64,000 nt of DNA, taken from the NCBI RefSeq assembly GCF_018977255.1, contig NW_024704743.1:41790001-41854000 (forward strand), given 5' to 3'. The notes under the pieces were generated by a model. The model saw only the letters and a program-made list of their open reading frames with translations. It did not search any database and was not told where the DNA came from. A program made the translations under genes and the position numbers. This DNA is from Callorhinchus milii. Taxonomy: Eukaryota. This document shows positions 52,231-64,000 of the stretch, in pieces. Within the stretch, counting starts at the first letter, position 1; the number at the start of each line of letters is the position of its first letter.

Positions 52231-52849
52231 ACTGTAATTTCCGTACTCTGCTATCAGCAGTGTGTAAGCTCTAATTTCACGGTATGGTTAGGTGCTGAAA
52301 ATGGGAATCATGAAACTAGAAGGGGTCAACCACTAGGATATAGAGTTCATTATTGAATTTTGCAGTAATCTTCCCAGATGTTGCAATCTTCAAGGCTTGC
52401 CAGTTAGCTGAGTCACAGATATTGGAAAAGGGCATTACATTTTCCAGGCAAGGACAATTTATATTTGCTATGGTCAGGTAACACCTCTGAGCCTGCAGGA
52501 AACTGTAATAAAGATCACAAACTTAAATGTGTCAATTAAATCAAAAGTTAGAGGGAAATCAATCTGTTTTGAATTAGCCCACTCTTTCTCAATATATGTT
52601 GCTCAATAAAATCCATCAGAAGTGGATTAGGTTTAGTTATTGTTTGAGAAACTCTGAAAATATTTTGTTACGAGATTCTGTTTTGATTTGTGTGATCGAG
52701 ACATTCCGAGTTACATTTCATAACTTCTGCCTCTCCTTAATACGATAGCTTGTGTAAGGCTTCTATTTCAGGTTGTTACAAAGTCACTTGTGATTACCAT
52801 AGCTACAGAATTTGAAAGCAATTAATTTAAAATAGATTGGAGTCGTAAC

Positions 52850-52929
52850 CTTGTTCTTTAACCCTCGGTGTACTGCTACTCCTCTTAGGTTTACAATGTT
52901 GCTTCTCTGAACTTTTTCGCAGATGAATG
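52850..52929 (-). other. Candidate upstream exon of the minus-strand gene
   Basis: Good acceptor ctgtttgtttctttgcag; donor AAG|gttacg, or TT|gtaaac at 52895; frame unresolved. Confidence 0.35.
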
Positions 52930-53484
52930 CTGCAAAGAAACAAACAGAATCACTGAATATTCCGTACTTCACACAATTATCAAAACAGAAAATGTGAAGT
53001 TTGATATTATAATTGCAGGTTACTTGTTTCTCTGTGTACTTAAAGTATTCATTTTTATGTGTATATGTTTACAGTAATTAATTATTCTTTGCTTCCTCTA
53101 CCTATTCTGCGCCAAGTGCTATTGATCATCTGAGAGGTACAGTCTGTTCTCAGACCTCTGCGATTGTTCTCTATGAGAGAATCCTTGGAGGATGAGCACA
53201 GCAGGTTGAAGCAATCTGATGTTTCCTCTCTCCCTGTTGGAAAATGTTTTGTTCTCATTTGGTTCCACTTTCAGTGCCTCAATTAAGATCATAGCTTGTT
53301 GCAAAGGAGATCAGGAGCTGGAACTTCCTGTTCAATGATGAGCAAGTTGGCAGAGCTATTCATTTGACTGCTTTTTTTGGTCATTTCACTTCTCCCTGGT
53401 CCCCCCACCGCCTCCCACCCCCCACCGCCCCCCACCCCCAACACTTCTTCACATCCTCACATCCCCCTACCTAAAACAAAATTT

Positions 53485-53790
53485 ACAGTGCTGTAAGGCA
53501 TTCTGATGTGAAAGGTGCTGTATAAATACAAATATAGCTTTTTACGCTTTACATTACAATACAGCACCTTTCACATTAGGAGAATATCTCAAAAAACTTG
53601 GTAATGCTGCCTGAGCTCCTAAGCTGAGGTGGGAACTGAGGAAGGATGGAGAGGAGAAAGTTGACAGAAAACATGGTTAAAGAGTTGTTGTTGTGATGGT
53701 GGGCCAAGAACGACATACATACTTCAAGGAAATAGACTCCGAGTAAAGGAATCAAATGAGAAAATTGGGATGGCTCAAGAGCCCTCAACA
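53485..53790. mobile_element. Two opposed L2 tail fragments
   Basis: gatgtgaaaggtgctgtataaat (+), then cagcacctttcacattaggag (-). Confidence 0.55.
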
Positions 53791-54309
53791 TTCAGGAGTT
53801 GAACAATAGCAACCAGTTTGTTTAAAACGTTAATCTTGATATTTTACCTCATGGGTTAAGAGTTCCTTTTAATGCTATTTGTATTTCATGAAAGAAACCG
53901 GAGCCTCGATAGATTTCCAGGAAGTTGGAATGGACCACATGCATGCTGTGATAAGGATGATGGCATTCTCATCTAAATATTGCCTGGAATTACTAGGAGA
54001 TATATGCCATCCACAGGAACATCAGCAACAAAAAAGCAGCATCTCCTTAATCATTTAAATTGCCTTTGAAATTGATGTTCAAAGGTTGTAAAATGTAGCA
54101 AGACCTGAATTTGGTCTTGTGGGTATTTGTCCCGGAACCACCAGTGAATAACCAACCTCCTAAAAAACATAATGAGGTTGAAAAAATATCCCTGGGGAAA
54201 GCATTATTGGAGCCTTGTGCTGGAAAAAGCACTTTGTAATATAAATTATGGTTTCTGAAGAGAAGTCCCTGTGCATCATCAACTCTCAAGCTGACATCCA
54301 AGACTTATA

Positions 54310-54530
54310 GGTTGCAGCCTGGCGTATTTGGTAGCATTCTTGTCTCTGGGTCAGAGGGTCAGAGATTTAAGCTCCAATCAAGTCTTTGTGCTCATGGTCT
54401 AGAGAGTGATACTCTTGTGTTTGCCGACAAATACAGTCATTACACTTCACAGAAACTTTGTGAAGCACTTTGAGAGTTTCAACATTGTGGCACTGAATCC
54501 AAATGCAAGGATAATTACTATTATTATTTG
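54310..54530 (+). mobile_element. Deu-type SINE head and tail with internal deletion
   Basis: gcagcctggc...ggtagcattcttgtctctgggtcagagg...gtgaagcactttgag...aaatgcaagg. Confidence 0.6.
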
Positions 54531-55299
54531 TGAAATGTTTTTCTGCAGAAAACACAATTTACATCATGAAACACTTTTGCTAGCAGAGAGACACCACTAA
54601 CGTTAAAGATTTTCTGAGAAGCATTTTTTCAATCCAATTACTAGCCATTAATAGACTGGCATTTCAAGTGAGGCAGCAGCTGTCTCGAAGGGTCTATAGC
54701 AAGGTTTAGCAGGGTGGGTACAAGCAAGGAAATGATCACATAAATACGTAGATAGTAGCTACCTCTTGGTATTTTGTACTATTTTCTAAAGAGATGGGCC
54801 ATTCTAAATCTAAATTGATCAGGGTTTGAGGAATGTTGAAATATTCATGAATTGACCTCAAATGTCTTGCTTTTGGCTTTGAATTCGGGCTGGCTCGCCT
54901 TTGTAGTTGTGTACGAAGCACAATCATTCACTATACATCACAAGATCACAAGAAAGATTTAAATGAAGAAGGCTGTTCGGCTCACTTGATCTTATCTTCC
55001 AAGAACGCTCATAGTACCATTTTCCATTGCAGCATCAAACTGTTTCTTAAATTAATTCAGTTTCCAAGCCTCAAACTGCCTTCCTGGTTATCTGTTGCTG
55101 CTGTTGATTACCTTCTGTATAAAGGGACACTTCCCGGTTTTCTCTCCTTCAAGGGTCCTTCAAAACCACTAACCTGTCATTCTTGCCCTTCTGTCTTCAC
55201 ATACCAGAAAGTATTGTTCTGAATTTATATTCTCCATTGTATTTGACATTTTATAAAATTTTCAAGAGGTCTCACTTCTCTATTTGTATCACATACAAA

Positions 55300-55400
55300 T
55301 ATAATAATAATCCTTGCATTTCATACAGTGCCTTATCACGTCTTCGAGATGTCTCAAAGCGCTTCACAGAATATACTGTAAAGTGAATTGACTATACATG
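55300..55400 (-). mobile_element. SINE 3' tail
   Basis: aataataatccttgcattt...gtctcaaagcgcttcacagaatatac. Confidence 0.85.
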
Positions 55401-55452
55401 TAGTGGTCATGCAAATATGTAAATACATAAATATACTTACATATGTAAAGGT

Positions 55453-55763
55453 GTAGTCCTGTAGCTCAGTAGTTAGAGCACTCGTCTCGCAAGCGAGGGG
55501 CCTGGGTTCGATTCCCGACAGGGCGAAACTTTGGGCAAGTTTCCTTACTCCACACGCCTGATAATAATCCCTCAAGAAAAAAAAGCAATAATAATTTGAT
55601 CACTCAATCCAAAACTCTTTATGGAACACTGATGTGCGCAATTGGCTACCGCATTTCACCCCCAAAATATACAGTCAATTCACTTCATAGTATATTCTGT
55701 GAAGCGCTTTGATACGTCTAGAAGATGTGAAAAGTGCTATACTCAATGCAAGGATTATTGTTA
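55453..55763 (+). mobile_element. tRNA-Ala-derived SINE (short form)
   Basis: agtcctgtagctcag...gggttcgattcccg...cacacgcctgataataatccc...tail. Confidence 0.92.
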
Positions 55764-56035
55764 TATTTTTGGGGTGAAACGCAGCAGCCAATTGCATACA
55801 ACAGTGTCCCACAAATAGTCGTGGATTGAAGTGACCAATTTTTTTTTGTTTGAAGGAATTATTAGACCCGGAAAAGCGATCTGCCAATCAACTAACATCT
55901 GGGTTCCTATTTACTGCTAGGTAAACAGAGCCGTGTGGAGTAAGGAAACTTGCCCACCATTTTGTCCTGCCTGGAATCGAACCAAGTTCTCTTGCTTGTG
56001 AGGCAAGTGCTCTAACCACTGAGCTACAGGACTCC
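55764..56035 (-). mobile_element. tRNA-Ala-derived SINE (long form), tail missing, abutting the previous copy
   Basis: Ends ...gctctaaccactgagctacaggactcc (head, reverse complement). Confidence 0.92.
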
Positions 56036-59000
56036 ACAAAATATGAATTTAATATGGATGCTGTACCACCTTCCACTCCCACTGTATCAACTGCAGCATT
56101 TTGATTCCACTTAGGAGAGCATATCACATCAATTTAAATGAGAGGGGGAAAGATTCTTGTCTTGAATTTGAGATTGGTGCTTCTCTCTACCCAACAGACA
56201 CGAAGCATGGTTTAAATACTTCTTTGTGACACAACGTATCTCAGACTTTTCAAGATAAAGCTTTGGGGAAAAAGCAAAATGTCTCAGTATGAATGTGACT
56301 AATAGATTACAGCATCATGTAATGGAATATTCACATGATTAGATGATTCTTTTGAGTGATACATCTCAATTTAGAAATGCTTATTTTTGATTAAACTATA
56401 TAAAATGAAGACAATTTAAGTAGATAGAGTTAACTACCTTCAACTTTGTGAAAATGGAAACAACAAAAAGAAACTTCAGACAGCGATGACCAGGGCCATT
56501 AAACAATTGCGATTTTTTTTGCTGATTTACTAATTTGGAAGAAAGTTGGGGGAAGTTGATTGTGCTATTGAGAGGCACATTTTACTGCCAATCTACATGT
56601 TTTCATGAAGAAATAACATGTCATAGATTGTTGCAAATAATATATTAATGCTTTCTTCAATAAAAACACACTGCAAACAGAGAGAGACACACACAGAAAG
56701 AGACAGAAGCAGCAGCACAGAGTGCCAGGGCTGAGCAAACCTTTACTGGTTTTCGCAGGGTGTGTATGTTTTGCAGATTGCACGAAAATATCGTGGGCAT
56801 GGTTTTCTATTGGCCCAGGTGATGACCTACAAAAAACGGTCGTTCATACATCATATCAAGAGGGATTTTTTCTTGCAAATGATCAAGGTAACTGAAGTTC
56901 TCTGATCAAAGCAGCTTTGGTTATCCATTGACCAAACCCTCTGAACGGCAGCAACAGTAAGAAACATAAATCTGTGAATCAATCAGGTCAATTTGCCACC
57001 TCATTTTTCAACAACTACTAAAACCTAGCAATTAATCATATTTTGAGATCCCTTTAAACAGAATGAATCTGTCCTATTAATGAAAATCTAGTACAATAGT
57101 TTTGCAAATTTCTTTATTTTCATATCACAAAATATTTTTGGATTTTACTTTGTTTAGATGACTATTTCTGATTTGTGATGTTTCAAATTAAAATAAATAG
57201 AAATTTGTGAAGATAAGCAAATAGCGATAGTTAGGTAGTCCAGTTATTACATTGCTGGATTCCCATGTAGATGACTGGAATTGAGGATAAAGAGCTAAGG
57301 TTTACTGTTTCAACACTTCGGTGGGGGGGCAGAGACAGAGTGAGAGAGAGGGGGAAAATATCGAAAACTATCCATCAGTCATCATCACTAATCTTCTGTC
57401 TATTGCTCAATCACAAAAAGGAACAATTGGGAGTTAAGCAGAAGCTGACAGCCTGGGCTATTATTGTTCATCTTTTTGACTGCAGATGGCTGTATTGAGG
57501 CATATGGGAGTTGTAAAATTTGCATTTAACATTGTGACATCTTAAAATAAAACTGCTTTTCCACCCGAAAATTAGAAATGTGTTCTTAGAAGAAATATAA
57601 TAATAACCCATGCATTTGGAATACCACTTTTGACATCCAGAGGACATCCTGTAAAGTGGAGTGACTGTGTTTTGTGGCAAACATATCTGAATAACAAGTG
57701 TTCAGAAAAACTCAGTAGTAAACTATTTGATTTAAGTGACAGTGAGAGTTTTTCGTGTGATTAAATTGCCAGTTTAAAGATTTCTTCTGCAGCAACTTGA
57801 CAAAAATGTTCTGGCTTCCAATTTCTGAATTTCCTGGGCCAGAAAAATAAGGACAGAGATCTTTTATTATCCAAACGTAATGATAATTGAATTAAAGAAT
57901 GCTGAAATGTTTTTGAGTTGTATGGCAATTCAGATGTAGAGTGCCTGACATTCCAAAATGCAGAGTCTGAGCAATGCAGTGATGGTAAATCTTGATGACA
58001 TTGCCACAGCCATTGAGTCAGCACCTTCTATAATGAGTGTTTTAAACTGCTTAAGTACCCTCATGATCCAATTTAGGTTTATAAATGCAAAAAAAATCTA
58101 TTAATCCAGCTGTGCGGTGCAGAATTGTGTAATGTTTTGGAATAAAGATTCAGTCACCAATCGTGATTTCCTGAGTACTCCTAGCCTGTGTTGGAGCAGG
58201 TGATATTGAAGTGGAAATGGACATTGATGGGAAGGTCAGCATTGCAGTGTACAATGTGATAGGAGTTCACTGCGTAACTGAATTGAAGATCGTGAGAAGG
58301 TATGGAAAGCTCTGTGTACATCAGCTCAGTGTAACTACAATAGCTAAGTGTAGCGAGTTCATGTCCATATTATTCCAGTAGCTATATTTACAAAATATGT
58401 ATTACCCTTGTGCTTAGGCTAGGAAATCCAGGCATATCCATTCGCCATTTCTGCATTTCTTACAGAAATGTATTTGTGACAGCAATGAGATGAAGTACCG
58501 ATTTTTCTATTTATTCATTAGTATGGTGTGGTTTGGAATGAGGTACACTGTTGACTGTAGCACAAGAAAGCTCGCTATTCCTTTATAAAAAATGGGAATT
58601 TTTAATATGAACCAAAATATTACAACAATGGACTTGGTTTAACATCTCATATAAAGGACGAGACAATACAAGAGATCGCAGTATATGCAGTAATGCACCT
58701 TGTGATGTTTCAATGACATATATAAATGTATTTTTTGGGGTCAGCCGGGTTCTGACACATGCGGAAATCCATCACCATGTTAACAGTATCCAAACCAAAC
58801 TGAGTTCCAGGCATCCCACCTATACCTGGGACATTCCAGAGGTGTTATTAGAATGGTATATGCACACTCTCTCCCTGGAGGGATGCATCCTGATTATCTA
58901 ATTCCACAAAATGATAGGTTCAGGTTGGCAAGAGTCAAGGGTTGGGGACCCCAGAGTGTGCGTTGGGAATCTGCTTGAATCTAACCAGTCAAAACCGGAT

Positions 59001-59394
59001 CATATAGCTTGCCATTGATATTTCCCACTACTTGTCCAGCTCGGACTACCCTACCCTTTTAGGGCTTTGGCTTGCAGTGTTAACAGATACCTTACAGATC
59101 CTGCTGATAAGCCACGTTGACTGTACTGTCATTATTTGTGCCCTGGAATATTGCAGACCCTCCTGGCTCAGGAAACAGACTACCGAGACCACCACAGAGG
59201 GTTGGCTCGATTCCGACATTCCATTGCCAAAGCATGTCACCTTGGAGCCAGTTCAGCTCCAGGAGACCCCGCGCTTACTCAGTTGTAGATGGTTCTTAGA
59301 CTTGGACATTTTTTTTTCATGCTTATTGGTGCATACTGCAAGCTCTAACAATATTCCTTGGATGTGATGGATCATCTCTCATGTTGGGAGGCCA

Positions 59395-59590
59395 GCTCAT
59401 TATGCTTCACAGAATTTTGCTGCAAAGTGTAGTGACTACGCATTTTAGAAGCAAATCCAGCAGCCAACTTATGCACAGCAATGACCTAGAAAATAAAAAC
59501 TATTTTATCTGGAGGATTGTTGACCAGGATACTGGGAGAAAAACCCTTCTCTTTTTCAGTAATGTGTTTTTTTGTTGTGTAGGAATTCTG
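59395..59590 (-). mobile_element. Degraded Deu-type SINE fragment
   Basis: cagcagccaacttatgcacagcaatgacc...gaccaggatactgggagaaaacc. Confidence 0.55.
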
Positions 59591-59829
59591 ACCCTCAGGA
59601 GCCAGATGGGGTGTTTTACATTGACCTGATACTCATGTTAACCTGAGCATGAGCCAGGTTATCACCTGAGGTGTGCGAAATGTGTGCAAACACAATACAG
59701 AGGGAATTATATGTCATTTAATTATTTAATTGAGCACCAAGGCAAATTAACTAAAAAGCTGGATATTAAATAATTAAAATATTTAAAAAACTCTGGAACT
59801 GTCTTCCTTACCCCTTCTGCCTTGTTCCT

Positions 59830-59995
59830 TCCTTATCCATCTTCAGATCACACCTCAAGACATTCCTTTTCAACCGTTCTGATGGTCACCTTCCCTCTCT
59901 TCCTGGCTCAGCGCAGAGCTCAACCGCAATTAAGCACTCCAAGATGTTACACTGTGTGATGTGCGTTATATAAATGTAAATTGTTGTTGTTGTTG
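59830..59995 (+). mobile_element. L2 3' fragment
   Basis: cttcagatcacacctcaagacattcctttt...tatataaatgtaaa(ttg)n. Confidence 0.7.
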
Positions 59996-62828
59996 ATGGC
60001 CAAACTGCTTGGAATTCCTTGCATGATTAGAGATTTCTAATAATTCTCTTTGTGCACACATGCCTTTGCATGTGGTTAATCCAACTTGCAAATTTGGCAC
60101 ATGGAATAACTCAACCTGCAAATTAGACCCTGTTGTCTCGCAATTACTTTTTAGCACAATGGAAACAAGCTTTGTGTCCAGTACTAATATGGTTCTCTGT
60201 GAGGATAATAACACAAATCATTTTGCATCTCTGTTTGTTCCCCTCTTTATAAAATTCAATTAAATGCTCTTCTGAAAACATTGGAGGTAACATTTAGCTT
60301 ACCACTGCAGTAATGAAAGCAAGATAAATGACCCTCCAGTATGGAAGCTGTGGCTTCTGAATCTGTCATAATGCCTTGAGAGCTTTCAAGCCTGACATAC
60401 AGTCAGAGATATCTTAAACATGCCTTTTAGATACTAACTGCTAACTTTAGTGAAAGCAAATGATTGCGTAAATATCCATAACAAGGGACAATCCACATAA
60501 TGAGGAATAAATTACGGATTGTTGATGAGTGACAGGATGGAGCTAGTCTTGCACAAAAGCTGAAATATTAACATTTAAATTTAAATTAGATCCTGAATTT
60601 TAATTAATAAAGCTCGTACACTAATTAGCTTTGCAACTGCATTAAAAATGTAATTAAAATTTGAGGAGATTTATTGCATGCGGTCGGGTATTACATTTCT
60701 CACACTGAGATAAATGAAATGATTACTGTGTAGATTCCATGGATAGAAATGAAACAATTTTTTCTATTTCACAGTAATTTTACAATAACTGTTGCTCGAA
60801 AACAAACTATGAACATTAATTACGGCCTAAGAGAGCTTTGTATAATATGATAGTGTTGCCAATAATGCAGACCATATATGAAAATAATATCAAAGAGAAG
60901 AATGGGCAGAAAAAGAACATCACACATTTTATAAAAAAATTGGATTTCGAAAGATTCAAAATCAGATGCACATTTTGTGGGCGAAATGAATGTAAGGAAT
61001 TGAATCTGAAATGACTGCATATGGGCAAGAAAAAGGTAATTTGGTCCGCTGAGCCCTAGCTGGTAAAAGTTGTAAGAATCTTTGTGTAATCAGTTACTCT
61101 GTAATACAACCTGATGCAACCCAAAATCATTTCAAGTCAACTGCAAACAGATCAATATTTACAGTGTAAAAATCAATTGTACAATTTATAAATATGGCTC
61201 CTTAAAACAATTGAACTGTAAAACTGATTTAAATTATCAAATGCCTGCTTTCTGCCCCTTTTTCACTGTCGCAGCCCAAACCGTGTGTCTGAAATCTTAA
61301 TTGAAGCCATTTAATACAAGTGGCTTAATTGAAATAAGGGCAATTGTTGGAATTTTACATTTGTGTTGCTTGTGATACAACTGTTTTATCGCTAGCAAAG
61401 ATTTTTTTTCACCTGGTGTCTGCTCTCCTGAGGCAACAATAGAATATCAGTCACAGAAGTAAGTGATATCATGGTCAGAAGCTTCTACCCCTGCTCTTTG
61501 CTTTTAACCTACTGAATTATTTGCTGAGAAAATTGTATCCAAAGGTGGGTCAAATGACAAAATGTTTCCCAAATCAATCAAAAAAAGTTTGAGTTTGTTT
61601 TGTTTCAGGGCTTTATCTTTCCTCGATATCTAGGGATTGCAGAGAGGAATGATAATGCCAAGTGTTTTATATTGCAAAGTTGTTTCTATCCCTTTAATAA
61701 AATAATAAATCCTTGCTTTGAAATAGCATCCTTTAATTGCATAGACATCTCAAAGCAGTTCAGAGGACATAGTGTAAAGTGTAGTGACTGTATTTTATAG
61801 GTGATCAAAGTCCTGTGATATGGACCAGGAAGACGGGTTTTCCTGCTTGCTCTGCATTGCTTCCAATAAAGTTGGAAACAGCCCAAGACCTGATTTTAGG
61901 ACCTGTGTATCTTAGTCTTAGCTCTTCACTGACATCAAATCTTTCTGCATGGTCCAAGGGATAATTCACAAGCTTTTAAAAAGAGAATGAAAGAACAACT
62001 TAAATACTGTGTGGGTGCAAATTACATCACTTCTGGTGTTATCAGCAGCTGGAATCCAGTACAATTGTGAACTTCCTTTATACTCAGCATTTGGCGGTGA
62101 ATCACAGAGTAGAAACACAGTATTACAGGCTTATGATCTGATTTGTGAGTGTTCACATCTTTTAGATTATGTTCTGTCTCTAAATTACTGCACAAGCATT
62201 AAAGCACCAATTTCCACAAATCAATGCTTTAAACTACCACTGGCAGTGCATCGAAACACCCATTAAGGCACTAGTTCCCATTATTCAAATCTACTGTCCC
62301 AATGAGTTTCCTTATGTATTACAGTGTATGATAATGTTAGCATGCAAATGTGACAGTTTATATTGCTGATGGTAATGACACAAAACAATGTCCATAAGGA
62401 GCAGTATTAACCGTCTGTGTCTTTGTCTGTGTTCTTTGTTCTTATCAAAAACGTTGGCAGTCATCAAAAATGCTTTCTTAAGAAGAATCCCTGTGGTGTC
62501 ACCAACTGAAGGAAACGCAAAGGTTAACCAATGTTGTAGAGCTTTCTATTAAGTGGGGCTTCTGTTCAAAATGAACCTTATTACAATGTTACTACTCTAT
62601 ATTGCTCCAATTTACCAGCAGCTTTGTAGCGCTGTATGGACTGGACCATCATTTTTAACTGTCAGCAGACAACTGGCATCATTGGCAACATTTGACATCA
62701 GTGGCGACTTGATGACTTGATAAACCTCCTAAAATTAGTATTTTCCAGTCTTTTCTTTAAATGATACCCAGGAAATTGTGCACCTAAAAAATCGCCAAGG
62801 TGACCCAAATGGATAACATAATATAACA

Positions 62829-63026
62829 CCCCTGACAATAATCCCTCAAGAAAATAAACAACCATAATTTGGTCACTCAATCCACGACCGTTTGTGGGAC
62901 ACTGCCGCGTTTCGCCCACAAAATATACAGTCAATTCACTTTACAGTATATTCTGTGAAGCACTTTGAGATGTCTGGAAGACATGAAAAGCACTATTTCA
63001 AACACAAGGATTATTATTATTATTAT
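62829..63026 (+). mobile_element. SINE 3' part (short form)
   Basis: aataatccctcaagaaaa...tttgtgggacactgccgcgtttcgcccacaaaat...gattattattat. Confidence 0.85.
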
Positions 63027-64000
63027 GACCCAAGTGTCCAGTGTTCTTTAGGTGTGTGGGAACCTGGCATGGTCGTTGCTTGCACATGTACCAGGCAGGA
63101 GACAGGAGACATGGTTGGCATCAGCCTGAGACCTAGAGGTCAGCTACTTCATTGTAAGTGCTGGCCAACAGATGGGAGATGGGTAACAGGCTGCGCAAAT
63201 GCATAATGAATGGGGTCTACAATGCAACCGGATTATGGCACTGCATGAGGCGAAGACAAGCCAAAAGGCTTTCTTCATCAAACCTTTCTTGCGGTCTCAT
63301 GGAGAGGATTTTCTATCAATTTTTGACATATCATAACAGATTCAGTGTGCTAATCATCACATTGAATATGTTCTGAATTTCACAAATCTTACCATCTGCT
63401 TTGCCCGATGTATTATATCACTTGAAAGTTTGATAGGGAAGCAAGGTACCACATAAAAATCTACTCTGCAGAATAATTGGTATGGACTAAGTGTTAATTC
63501 CTCCAGTATCTAACTGCGCAAGAACAGCACAGCAGCAAAACTCAGCTTCTCGTTTACAGAGAATAAAGGTTTGTCTGTCGGGAATGCCTGTTGAAAAAAG
63601 ACAATTGTCAGAGTGTAAAAATTAACTCATTAAAATGATGTGTTAATTAGAAATCAAAGAGCAACATGCTGAAAATGAGCAATTATTGTGTTTCTATTCA
63701 CTCACTCTTATGGGACTCTTGAATTATAAGGTTTTTTTTACATGGAGGAACCTCAGTGATAGCATATTCTCAGTCAGTAAAGTTATGTTTCATGAAACTC
63801 AAAATGCAGGTAAAAGACTTTAAGAGATGGTTGAGGAGATAAATTATTGTGGATGACAAAGAGCTATCTTGAAGTTTCACATGATAAGATTCAAAAGACA
63901 AAGAAAGTATCCTGTGGAAGGCACAACTTAACAAATCCACTAACTTTTTGTCCTGACTATTTCAAATATTGAGTGATCATGCTATATTACCATTATTTTC

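Noticed and set aside
54763..54930. Possible exon (MIVLRTQLQRRAS...)
   Set aside because: Weak acceptor and donors; stops in the frames needed for an internal exon unless a poor donor is used
1..64000. CRISPR array or prokaryote-type defence system
   Set aside because: Repeats are dispersed eukaryotic retroposon tails with no regular repeat-spacer periodicity and no operon-like ORFs

Overview
AT-rich vertebrate genomic DNA, not prokaryotic. The repeat content (CR1 with esterase ORF1, L2 with (TTG)n tails, Tx1, Penelope, Deu-type SINEs and a tRNA-Ala-headed SINE) points to a cartilaginous fish (inference). Most of the window looks like introns of one large minus-strand gene. I see short GT-AG-bounded candidate exons at about 27288-27331, 20167-20225, 14739-14855 and 151-221 that splice into one open frame of about 97 codons, plus weaker candidates; I cannot name the protein. 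Other contents: a near-full-length but disabled CR1 LINE (28.1-32.3 kb), a Tx1 3' fragment fused in frame to a CR1 fragment, a Penelope remnant with a degenerate hammerhead-ribozyme core and nested insertions, a probable solo LTR, two TIR elements, and dozens of SINE and L2 fragments. Nearly all ORFs in the supplied track are spurious or transposon-derived. I found no convincing new biological system; the best leads are the unidentified exon chain, the LINE chimera, the mosaic SINE and the hammerhead remnant. Repeat boundaries were read by eye and are approximate.
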